From positions 147,791 to 211,790 of the forward strand of contig JAKLGJ010000002.1 in NCBI GenBank assembly GCA_022710715.1: a stretch of 64,000 bases of DNA. Reading direction: 5' to 3'. This stretch comes from Candidatus Omnitrophota bacterium (lineage in GTDB: Bacteria; Omnitrophota; Gorgyraeia; Gygaellales; Profunditerraquicolaceae). Shown piece by piece: positions 20,633-28,744 of this stretch (positions are counted from its first letter, which is position 1; each line of letters opens with the position of its first letter). A model generated the notes under the pieces. The model saw only the letters and a list, made by a program, of their open reading frames with translations. It made no database searches and was not told the DNA's origin. The position numbers were made by a program, and so were the translations under genes.

Positions 20633-21151
20633 GTGGTAGCAATAAAAAAATTCATACGCGTAAACGAACGGATCCGTGTTCCTGAAGTGCGGCTTATCGG
20701 CGCAGACGGCGCGCAGCTCGGGATCGTCTCAACCGACAAGGCCAGGGAGATTGCCACTCAAAGCGAACTGGATCTGGTGGAGGTGGCTCCCCAGTCGGTC
20801 CCCCCGGTGTGCCGGATCATGGATTTCAGCAAGTTCAAATACGACCAGGAAAAGAAGGAGCGCGAAGCCAAAAAACATTCGCGGCAAGGCAAATTGAAGG
20901 AGATCCGTCTGCATCCCAATATCGACGATCACGATCTGGGGATCAAGGTGAAGCAGGCAGTGGGATTCCTCAAGAAAAAAGACAAGGTGAAAGTCGATCT
21001 GTTCTTCAAAGGCAGGCAGATTGAGCATATGGATCTGGGCAGGAAAATCCTGGATAAATTCATTATAGATACGCAGAACGAGGCGCAGATTGAAAAAGAT
21101 CCCAGCCTGGAAGGCAGGATCATGAGCATGGTGCTGATTCCTAAAAAATAA
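20633..21151 (+). CDS. infC: translation initiation factor IF-3
   Basis: Conserved EVRLIGADGAQLGIV and PPVCRIMDFSKFKY. No ATG available; start is GTG 20633 or ATA 20642 after SD AAGGAGG. Confidence 0.85.
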   Translation: MVAIKKFIRVNERIRVPEVRLIGADGAQLGIVSTDKAREIATQSELDLVEVAPQSVPPVCRIMDFSKFKYDQEKKEREAKKHSRQGKLKEIRLHPNIDDHDLGIKVKQAVGFLKKKDKVKVDLFFKGRQIEHMDLGRKILDKFIIDTQNEAQIEKDPSLEGRIMSMVLIPKK

Positions 21152-21192
21152 CTGTGCCGTTGTGCGGTGAAATGGAAACGGAGTGAATACTC

Positions 21193-21402
21193 ATGGGTAA
21201 AGCAAAGCTGAAGACCAAGAAGGGCGTTGCCAAGCGGTTCAAATTCACCAAATCAGGAAAGATCAAATATCATCCCGCCAGCAAGGGGCATTTATTGACC
21301 AACAAAAAATCGTCCCGGATCCGCAGGCTGCGAAAAGCCCGGACGCTGGCCGGCAAGCAGGAGAAGTTTGTACGGAAGTTGCTGCCCCACGGAGCGGCAT
21401 AA
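21193..21402 (+). CDS. rpmI: 50S ribosomal protein L35
   Basis: 69 aa basic protein MGKAKLKTKKGVAKRFKFTKSGKIK in the infC-rpmI-rplT order. Confidence 0.85.
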   Translation: MGKAKLKTKKGVAKRFKFTKSGKIKYHPASKGHLLTNKKSSRIRRLRKARTLAGKQEKFVRKLLPHGAA

Positions 21403-21564
21403 GCGTTTAAAAACGTCTTCATAGGTTTGTAAGCGACGCAGGACAACGCGGGGGCGCCTCTTGGCAGATCACGCTTCCGTGAAGATGGTTCCCTGCGCGC
21501 AAAGGCGTATCGGCCTCCGGGGTGTCCCGGAGTTGAGAAAGTCCGCAAGAGAGGAGTACGTTCG
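21403..21564 (+). promoter_or_regulatory. unusually long structured spacer between rpmI and rplT (candidate ribosomal-protein leader / attenuator)
   Basis: 162 nt non-coding gap with GC-rich hairpins (CCGGGGTGTCCCGG, GGCGCC, CTTCCGTGAAG). Normally rpmI and rplT are nearly contiguous. Confidence 0.3.
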
Positions 21565-21921
21565 ATGACAAAAGTAAAACACAGCGCAGCTACGCGCGAA
21601 AGAAAAAAGAAAGTTTTGAAGCAGACAAAAGGCTTCTGGGGAGACCGCAGCAAGCAATTTCAGCAGGCTCGCCGGGCGCTCATGCACGCTCTGGTATACA
21701 GCTACCGGGATCGCAAGGTCCGCAAGCGCGAATTCCGCCAGCTCTGGATCGCGCGCATCAATGCCGCCTGCCGCGCTGAAGGGTTGACCTACAGCAAGTT
21801 TATCGCCGGTTTGAAAAAAGCCAATGTCGCGCTTGACCGTAAAATGCTCTCGGAGCTGGCGGTCAAAGAAACAGCGGTAATTAAAAAGCTGCTGGAACTG
21901 ATCAAACAGAAAGCGTCGTAA
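21565..21921 (+). CDS. rplT: 50S ribosomal protein L20
   Basis: 118 aa MTKVKHSAATRERKKKVLKQTKGFWG. Classic L20. Confidence 0.9.
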   Translation: MTKVKHSAATRERKKKVLKQTKGFWGDRSKQFQQARRALMHALVYSYRDRKVRKREFRQLWIARINAACRAEGLTYSKFIAGLKKANVALDRKMLSELAVKETAVIKKLLELIKQKAS

Positions 21922-21927
21922 GCGCAG

Positions 21928-22581
21928 ATGTATATTATCATTGTCGGCTGCGGCCGCGTGGGTTCGGAGCTTGCCAAACTGCTTTCAGGGGAAGGCCATG
22001 ATGTGGTGGTGGTCGACCGGGAGCAGAAATCGTTTGACCGGCTGGGCAACACCTTCAACGGGATTACGCTGGTCGGCAACGGGTTCGAACTGGAGCTGTT
22101 GCGGCATGCCGGCATTGAAAAAGCGGATGCTGTCTGTTCGGTCACCAACGGCGACAATACCAATTTGATCGTCGCGCAGGTCGCCCGCAAGATCTTCAAG
22201 GTCCCCAAAGTCATCGCCCGGGTGTACGACCCGCAACGGGCCAATCTCTACGATGCTCTCGGTCTGGATATTCTAAGCGGAACCATTCTTTTTGCGGCCA
22301 TGATCCGCGACAAGATCGTGGAAAGCCGTTTTTCCAGCTATCTGATCGAAAGCAAAGACGTCGGCGTGATCGAGATCGAAGTCAAAGGCGAGCTGGTCGG
22401 CAAACATGTCCACGAGATCAATGTCCCCGGCGAATTGATGGTCGTAGCCGTGCAGGACGTGCGCGGGGTGATTATCCCGGAGCCCAGAACAGTGCTCAAG
22501 GCCAAAGAAACGGTTATGGCGGTGGTTAAAGTCGCCAGCCTGGAAAAGATAAAAGAGTCGTTGAAGATCGCAGAGGGGTAA
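21928..22581 (+). CDS. trkA: Trk/Ktr K+ uptake regulatory subunit (RCK_N + RCK_C)
   Basis: NAD-binding Rossmann IIVGCGRVGSELAKLL plus a C-terminal RCK_C. Confidence 0.8.
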   Translation: MYIIIVGCGRVGSELAKLLSGEGHDVVVVDREQKSFDRLGNTFNGITLVGNGFELELLRHAGIEKADAVCSVTNGDNTNLIVAQVARKIFKVPKVIARVYDPQRANLYDALGLDILSGTILFAAMIRDKIVESRFSSYLIESKDVGVIEIEVKGELVGKHVHEINVPGELMVVAVQDVRGVIIPEPRTVLKAKETVMAVVKVASLEKIKESLKIAEG

Positions 22582-22584
22582 CGT

Positions 22585-23250
22585 ATGTATATCCTGATTG
22601 TCGGCGCGGGCAAAGTCGGTTATTTTCTGGCCAAGCGTCTTTGTCAGAGCAAGCATACGGTCAGCATCGTGGATAAACAGAAGGATATCTGCGAAGAGAT
22701 CGCCAAAGAGCTTGAAATCCTGGTCATTAACGGAGACGGATGCAATCCCGAGATCCTGGAAGAGGCCGGCGCGCGGCGCGCGGATGTGGTAGCTGCGGTG
22801 ACCGGAGAGGACGAGGACAATCTTATTATCTGCCAGCTGGCCAAGCAGGTGTTTAACGCCAAGCGCACCGTCGGCAGAGTGAACAATCCCGATAACGAAC
22901 GGGTTTTTGCCGAGCTGGAAGTGGATGTGCCGGTCGACGCCACCATGGTGATCGGCAAGATAATCGAGGAAGAGGTTTCTTTCTCCGACTTCGTGAACCT
23001 GATGAGCTTTAAACGGGGGAAACTGGCTATCGTGCGCGTGGACCTGTCTCCGGATTCGCCGGTGGTGAAGAAAGAACTCAAAGATATCCAGCTGCCCAAA
23101 GACTCGGTTCTGGTTTCGATCGTGCGGGGAGACGAGGTCATCGTGCCCAAGGGGAATACCGTTTTCGAGCCGGGGGACGATATCATCGCGCTGACCATGA
23201 TCGGCAACGAGCCGGAACTCTTCAAACTGCTCCTGGGCAGGGTGTCGTGA
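22585..23250 (+). CDS. trkA: Trk/Ktr K+ uptake regulatory subunit, second copy (RCK_N + RCK_C)
   Basis: ILIVGAGKVGYFLAKRL Rossmann motif. Paralogous to the preceding gene. Confidence 0.8.
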   Translation: MYILIVGAGKVGYFLAKRLCQSKHTVSIVDKQKDICEEIAKELEILVINGDGCNPEILEEAGARRADVVAAVTGEDEDNLIICQLAKQVFNAKRTVGRVNNPDNERVFAELEVDVPVDATMVIGKIIEEEVSFSDFVNLMSFKRGKLAIVRVDLSPDSPVVKKELKDIQLPKDSVLVSIVRGDEVIVPKGNTVFEPGDDIIALTMIGNEPELFKLLLGRVS

Positions 23251-23366
23251 TGAAGGTGCGATTGTTATTCGATATGGCCATTGGCATTGTCACCGAGCTG
23301 CTCTATGCGGGCAGCATTCTTCTCGCGGGATTCCTTGCCAGTCTTTTATTTTCCTTACTGCGATGA
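23250..23366 (+). CDS. 38-aa hydrophobic peptide, translationally coupled between trkA and trkH (hypothetical)
   Basis: MKVRLLFDMAIGIVTELLYAGSILLAGFLASLLFSLLR. ATGA overlaps with the trkA2 stop and the trkH start. Confidence 0.3.
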   Translation: MKVRLLFDMAIGIVTELLYAGSILLAGFLASLLFSLLR

Positions 23367-24865
23367 TTCTTAAACCCAGCCTGCAGGATTTCCGCATTAT
23401 CGGGTATTATTTAGGAAAGATCATTATCGGTCTCGCGGTACTGATGCTGCTGCCGCTGTTGATCGGGTTGATCCGGCGCGAATTCAATCCCTGCCTGGAT
23501 TATTGTGTCGGGATCGAAGTCGCGCTGATAATCGGCATGCTGTTGAAAAAGATCTGTTACACCGAAGCGGATTTGAACTGGATGGAGGGGATGATCGTGG
23601 TCGCCCTCGCCTGGGTCGTGGCGATGTTTTTTTCCGCCATCCCCCTCTGGTTGAGCGGTCACTGGCAGTCGTTCCTGGATGTGTGCTTTGAAACCATGTC
23701 CGGATTTGCCACCACCGGCTTAACCATGGTTCAGGATCTCGACCATCTGGCTTACGCGCACAATTTCTGGCGCCATCTGATCATGTTCGTCGGCGGCCAG
23801 GGCATCGTGATCATCGCGCTTTCGCTTTTTGTAAAAGGGGCTTCCGGCGCGTTCAAGATGTACGTGGGCGAGGCCCGCGACGAGAAGATACTGCCCAATG
23901 TCATCCACACCAGCCGGTTCATCTGGCTGGTCAGCCTGGTGTTCCTGGTCATGGGCACGCTGGCTCTGGGTATTGCCGGTCTGCTTGGCGGGATGAAACC
24001 GTTCAACGCTTTTTTCCACGGCGCCTGCATTTTTATGGCCGCCTTTGACACCGGCGGATTCGCCCCGCAATCCCAGAGCGTTCTGTACTATCACAGCGGT
24101 CTTTACGAAGTGATTACCATGGTAGTCATGATCCTGGGCGCGATCAACTTCAAGCTGCACTATCATCTCTGGAACGGCCATCCGCGCGAGATCGTCAGAA
24201 ATATCGAAACCCGGACGCTGTTTGTGACGATCCTGCTGACGTTCGCGCTTACCGGCTTCGGTCTCTGGCAGGCGCGCATTTATCCGCAGGCCATGGTGAT
24301 GTTCCGCAAGGGGTTTTATCAGTTGATCTCCGGGCATACCGGGACCGGATTCCAAACCGTGTACGCGTCGCAGTTCCTCGGCGACTGGAACGATCTGGCT
24401 CTGGTGGGCGTGATCTGCGCCATGGCTTTGGGCGGCGCGGCGTGCTCGACCACCGGCGCCATTAAAATGATCCGCATCGGCATCATCGCCAAGGCGTTGA
24501 TGCAGGATATCAAAAAGATCATTCTTCCGGAACGCGCGCTGGTGATGAAAAAATACCATCACATTAAGGACGTTTTTCTTAATGACTCCATGGCGCGTAC
24601 CGCGTTGAGCATTACGCTGGCGTATATCTTGTTGTACGGGTTGGGCGCGATTATCGGCATACTCTACGGGTATCCGTTCCTGTCGTCGTTGTTCGAGTCC
24701 ACGTCTGCCGCCGGCAATGTCGGACTTTCCTGCGGCATTACCCAGGCGTCCATGCCGGCAGGGCTTAAGATCACCTACATCGTGCAAATGTGGGCGGGAA
24801 GGCTGGAATTTATGTCGGTATTGACGCTGGCCGGATTTCTGGTTTCCACAGTGCGGGGGAAATGA
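23363..24865 (+). CDS. trkH: TrkH/KtrB-family potassium transporter
   Basis: 500 aa polytopic membrane protein with the repeated M1-P-M2 architecture of TrkH. Confidence 0.85.
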   Translation: MILKPSLQDFRIIGYYLGKIIIGLAVLMLLPLLIGLIRREFNPCLDYCVGIEVALIIGMLLKKICYTEADLNWMEGMIVVALAWVVAMFFSAIPLWLSGHWQSFLDVCFETMSGFATTGLTMVQDLDHLAYAHNFWRHLIMFVGGQGIVIIALSLFVKGASGAFKMYVGEARDEKILPNVIHTSRFIWLVSLVFLVMGTLALGIAGLLGGMKPFNAFFHGACIFMAAFDTGGFAPQSQSVLYYHSGLYEVITMVVMILGAINFKLHYHLWNGHPREIVRNIETRTLFVTILLTFALTGFGLWQARIYPQAMVMFRKGFYQLISGHTGTGFQTVYASQFLGDWNDLALVGVICAMALGGAACSTTGAIKMIRIGIIAKALMQDIKKIILPERALVMKKYHHIKDVFLNDSMARTALSITLAYILLYGLGAIIGILYGYPFLSSLFESTSAAGNVGLSCGITQASMPAGLKITYIVQMWAGRLEFMSVLTLAGFLVSTVRGK

Positions 24866-25365
24866 TGCTGCCGGCGCGCGCGCATATACTGATGTTTTGT
24901 TGTGCAGCTTTGACGGTAGCCGGCGCGATGTTTGCGCAGCCTTGCCGGGGGCAGGTGGTCAGCCCCGGAACGCTGGTCAGCGGCGCCAAGGAGTTCGACG
25001 GTAAAGAGGTGGTTGTGGAAGGCGAGGTTATCGGCGATGTCATGGTGCGCGGGCCGTATGCCTGGGTCAATGTGCTTGACGCAGGCGTTGCCATCGGCGC
25101 ATGGGTGCCGGTCGCTCAAACCCGGGATATCGTCGCTACCGGAAGTTACCGCGCGCAGGGGGATCGTGTACGAATCGCCGGGGTGTTCCATCGGGTGTGC
25201 CCGGAGCACGGCGGGGATATGGATATTCACGCGCAGGCGTGCACGAAGGTTGCGGCCGGCGCGGCGCGCAGACGCGCTGTCGATCAAGAGAAGAAAAAAC
25301 TGGCGCTGCGTTTATCGGGGATAGTGGTGTTGCTATGGATATTCAGTCGATTAAAAAATCGCTAG
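24864..25365 (+). CDS. hypothetical exported / membrane-anchored protein
   Basis: MMLPARAHILMFCCAALTVAGAMFAQP signal peptide and C-terminal hydrophobic LSGIVVLLWIF. ATGA overlap with the trkH stop; 3' end overlaps pheS. Confidence 0.4.
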
Positions 25366-26360
25366 AAGCGGATATAGCGGGCGCGCAATCCGCGCCAGAG
25401 CTCGATGCCGTACGGGTCAAATACCTGGGCAGGAAAGGCTTGCTTGCCCAGCTGACCGCAACCATTCCTTCGCTTGCCGTCGAGGAACGCGCGGCTTTCG
25501 GCAAGCAGGCGAACGAGCTCAAAGCGCACATCGTCGCTTTGCTGGATGAAAAGCAGCGTTCGCTGGGAGACCGGGCCGCCGGACCGTCCCGGTCAGGCGT
25601 GGATATCGGCATGCCGGCCATCCATCAAGACGTGGGGCGGCTGCATGTGTTGACCCAGATCATCCAGGAGATCAGCGAGATTTTCAAGAATATGGGTTTT
25701 ATCATCGTCGAGGGGCCGGAGATCGAGACCGAGTTCAATAATTTTACCGGTTTGAATATCCCGCTCGAGCATCCCTCGCGGGAAGCGTTCGACACCTTCT
25801 ATCTGCGACAGCCGGCACAGGCTACAGAGCGCCTGCTTTTGCGCAGCCAGACTTCGCCGGTGCAGATCCGGGCGATGAAAACGATGAAACCGCCGCTGGC
25901 GGTAGTAGCGCCGGGCAGGGTATACCGGCCTGACGCGGTCGACGCTTCGCATTCATTCATGTTCCACCAGATCGAGGGTTTTGTGGTTGACCGGGGAATT
26001 ACTTTCTCCGATCTTAAAGGCGTGCTGGAATATTTCGCCAGGGCGGTGTTTGGCCAGGACATCAAGATGCGTTTCCGGCCGCATTTCTTTCCGTTTACCG
26101 AGCCTTCGGCGGAAGTGGACATTTCCTGCATTATCTGCAAGCAAAAAGGCTGTTCGGTGTGCGGACGCAAGGGCTGGCTGGAAATACTGGGTTCGGGCAT
26201 GATCCACCCCAACGTGTTCAAACACGTCGGTTATGATCCTGCGGTGTATACCGGTTTTGCCTTCGGCATGGGCGTGGAACGCATCGCCATGCTGAAATAC
26301 GGAATTAACGATATCAGATTGTTTTATGAAAACGATCTGCGCTTCTTGAAACAATTCTAA
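25335..26360 (+). CDS. pheS: phenylalanine--tRNA ligase alpha subunit
   Basis: Class II core motifs FRPHFFPFTEPSAEVD and GMGVERIAM. Start chosen at MDIQSIKK (25335), not the upstream track start. Confidence 0.9.
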   Translation: MDIQSIKKSLEADIAGAQSAPELDAVRVKYLGRKGLLAQLTATIPSLAVEERAAFGKQANELKAHIVALLDEKQRSLGDRAAGPSRSGVDIGMPAIHQDVGRLHVLTQIIQEISEIFKNMGFIIVEGPEIETEFNNFTGLNIPLEHPSREAFDTFYLRQPAQATERLLLRSQTSPVQIRAMKTMKPPLAVVAPGRVYRPDAVDASHSFMFHQIEGFVVDRGITFSDLKGVLEYFARAVFGQDIKMRFRPHFFPFTEPSAEVDISCIICKQKGCSVCGRKGWLEILGSGMIHPNVFKHVGYDPAVYTGFAFGMGVERIAMLKYGINDIRLFYENDLRFLKQF

Positions 26361-26366
26361 CATACG

Positions 26367-28427
26367 ATGAAATTCTCTTATCAGTGGTTACAGGATTTTG
26401 TAGATGTGCGCATGACTCCCCGGGAGCTGGCCGATACGTTGACCATGGCCGGCCTGGAAGTAAAAGGGTGGGAGGAAAAACAGGGCGATACGGTTTTCGA
26501 GGCGGAGATCACCTCTAATCGGCCGGATTGGTTAAGTCTGATGGGTATTGCGCGGGAAGTTGCCGCGATCAGCGATCGCGCGATCAAGCAGCCCAAAGAT
26601 TGGGGGACAGGGAAGAAACCCGCACCCTCTTGCCGGAGCAGCGCTGCCGCGCAGTTTTCTATTGACCTTGAGGACCAAAGCGATTGTCCGCTGTACACGG
26701 CCAGGATCATCACCGGCGTGCGCGTCGGCCCGTCGCCGGAATGGTTGCGCCAGCGTCTGGAAGCGATCGGCTGTCGCAGCGTGAACAATGTCGTGGATAT
26801 TACCAACTATGTTTTATATGAGCTGGGAGAACCGCTGCATGCTTTCGACCTCGCCACTCTGGGCGGGAACATCATTCGTGTCCGTCGGGCGCGCGCAGGG
26901 GAAACCATCGCTACTATTGACGGCGTTCAGCGGCAGCTGTCCGGAGACATCCTGGTTATTGCGGACGAGAACCGGCCGGTCGCTGTGGCCGGGATCATGG
27001 GCGGCAAAGATACCGAAGTGATCGAGCGGACCACGGATATCCTTCTGGAGGCGGCACTGTTTAATCCGGTAGTGGTGCGCCGGGGCCGGCAAAAACTGGG
27101 CATGCAGAGCGAAGCGGCGTATCGCTTTGAACGGGGCGTCGATGCGGATACCGCGCTGGCGGCTTCACAGCGAGCCGCGGCGATGATACGCGAGATCTGC
27201 GGTGGCACGCCGGCATCGGTCAAAATCGCCGGACACGCCAGAGGGAAACCCCGCAGCATTTCGCTGCAGGTGAATGCGGTTAACCGCATGCTGGGCATCG
27301 GTCTTTCCGCCGCGAAAATAAAAACCATTTTAGTTGCGCTGGGTTTTACCGTCAAGACAAAAACCGCGGGCGTCCTTGCCGTCACGGTTCCCCCGTTCCG
27401 GCAGGATGCGCAGGGCGAGATCGACTTGATCGAAGAGGTCGCCCGCATCTACGGTTATGCGCGCATTCCTACCAGTCTGCCCAAAGTCACTTTGCAGTCC
27501 GCCGGCGTTGACCCGGCCGCGCGTATCGCCGGCATCAAACAGGTGCTGGTTTCTCTGGGGCTCGATGAAGTGATTACATACAGCCTGATCGACCGCAGGA
27601 CTCTCGCCGCAGAAGGGTTTTCCGATGAAAGCCTGATCGCCTTGCAGAACCCGTTGAATCAGGAGCAGGAGGTCTTGCGTCCGATCCTGCTGCCCAGCCT
27701 GGTGCGCTGCGTGGCGCACAATTTGCGGCAGCAGCAGTTCCCCATAGCCATTTTTGAGATCGCCAAAGGATTTTCCTTAACCGGCGCGTCTGTTCCGGCG
27801 GAATCATACCGGCTGGGCGTTGCTTTGTGCGGCGGCAGGCAGTGGTTGGCGGAGAAGGAGTATTCCTGCGTTCAGGACGACCCGGGATTTCTGCATCTCA
27901 AGGGTATTGTCGAGGTGCTTTTCGAGCGGCTGGGTATCGCTGCCGCCGAGTACGCTTTTACGCAGCAGGACGATTACCGCTGCGCCCTGACAGTCCGGGG
28001 CGAGCCTGTCGGTGCGCTGCGGCGGCTGGACAAAGCCAGTCTGGAGCGTAACGATATCAAAAACAGGGAAGTTTTTGCGTTGGAACTGTCGTTGGCGTCC
28101 CTGCTCCGGCAGCGTTCCTCCGGCAAAGCCTTTAAACCGTTTGCCCGGTTCCCGGGCATCTTAAGAGACATTAGCCTCGTGGTCAAAAACGATATTCCCG
28201 TCCAGGCCATCCTGGACGTGGTGCGTGACTCCGCCGGTTCTCTCCTGCAAAAGGCCGCTGTGGTCGATTTTTACCGCGGTCCGCATATTCCCCCCGGGCA
28301 TAAGAATTTCACCGTTTCCTGTTTTTATTGTTCGCCGGAGCGAACCTTGAGCGAAGAAGAAGTCGGGCAGGCGCATGCGCGAGTTACCGCGGCTTTGCAA
28401 CAACAGTGCGCGGCGGGTTTGCGCTGA
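26367..28427 (+). CDS. pheT: phenylalanine--tRNA ligase beta subunit (lacks B2 OB-fold tRNA-binding domain)
   Basis: N-terminus MKFSYQWLQDFV; B3/4, B5, B6/7 and C-terminal FDX-ACB domains. 686 aa versus about 800 in typical PheT. Confidence 0.9.
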   Translation: MKFSYQWLQDFVDVRMTPRELADTLTMAGLEVKGWEEKQGDTVFEAEITSNRPDWLSLMGIAREVAAISDRAIKQPKDWGTGKKPAPSCRSSAAAQFSIDLEDQSDCPLYTARIITGVRVGPSPEWLRQRLEAIGCRSVNNVVDITNYVLYELGEPLHAFDLATLGGNIIRVRRARAGETIATIDGVQRQLSGDILVIADENRPVAVAGIMGGKDTEVIERTTDILLEAALFNPVVVRRGRQKLGMQSEAAYRFERGVDADTALAASQRAAAMIREICGGTPASVKIAGHARGKPRSISLQVNAVNRMLGIGLSAAKIKTILVALGFTVKTKTAGVLAVTVPPFRQDAQGEIDLIEEVARIYGYARIPTSLPKVTLQSAGVDPAARIAGIKQVLVSLGLDEVITYSLIDRRTLAAEGFSDESLIALQNPLNQEQEVLRPILLPSLVRCVAHNLRQQQFPIAIFEIAKGFSLTGASVPAESYRLGVALCGGRQWLAEKEYSCVQDDPGFLHLKGIVEVLFERLGIAAAEYAFTQQDDYRCALTVRGEPVGALRRLDKASLERNDIKNREVFALELSLASLLRQRSSGKAFKPFARFPGILRDISLVVKNDIPVQAILDVVRDSAGSLLQKAAVVDFYRGPHIPPGHKNFTVSCFYCSPERTLSEEEVGQAHARVTAALQQQCAAGLR

Positions 28428-28445
28428 AGCGCGACGCCAAAAAGC

Positions 28446-28474
28446 TTGACGAGTAACAGGGCATGTGGTATAGT
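28446..28474 (+). promoter_or_regulatory. sigma70-type promoter driving the non-coding transcript downstream of pheT
   Basis: TTGACG, 17-nt spacer, TATAGT (preceded by TGG). Confidence 0.5.
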
Positions 28475-28480
28475 GAAGCC

Positions 28481-28664
28481 GAAAAAAGAGAAGGCTAGAT
28501 TTCCCTGCCGTGTTCGTTGGTTGCTTTGATAATTGGTGAACCAACACCACCATATCGGATGCCACACCTTCTGCGCGGTCTAAGACCGCACAGAGAGGCA
28601 TCCACCTGTACCTAAATGGTTCAGCCATCAAAGAAGCCAACGGCACAGTGCGGGGATTTTTTTT
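28481..28664 (+). ncRNA. ssrS: candidate 6S RNA (SsrS-like)
   Basis: About 185 nt transcript from the promoter above, with no ORF. Folds as one long imperfect hairpin with a large central bubble; ends in a T8 tract. See finding. Confidence 0.45.
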
Positions 28665-28744
28665 GCTCCCCGGAATCATTCGGTGGGCAAAATCCCCGTG
28701 TCTAGATTCGCGAGGCCAATCTGCGGGGTGAAGACGGAGCACGG

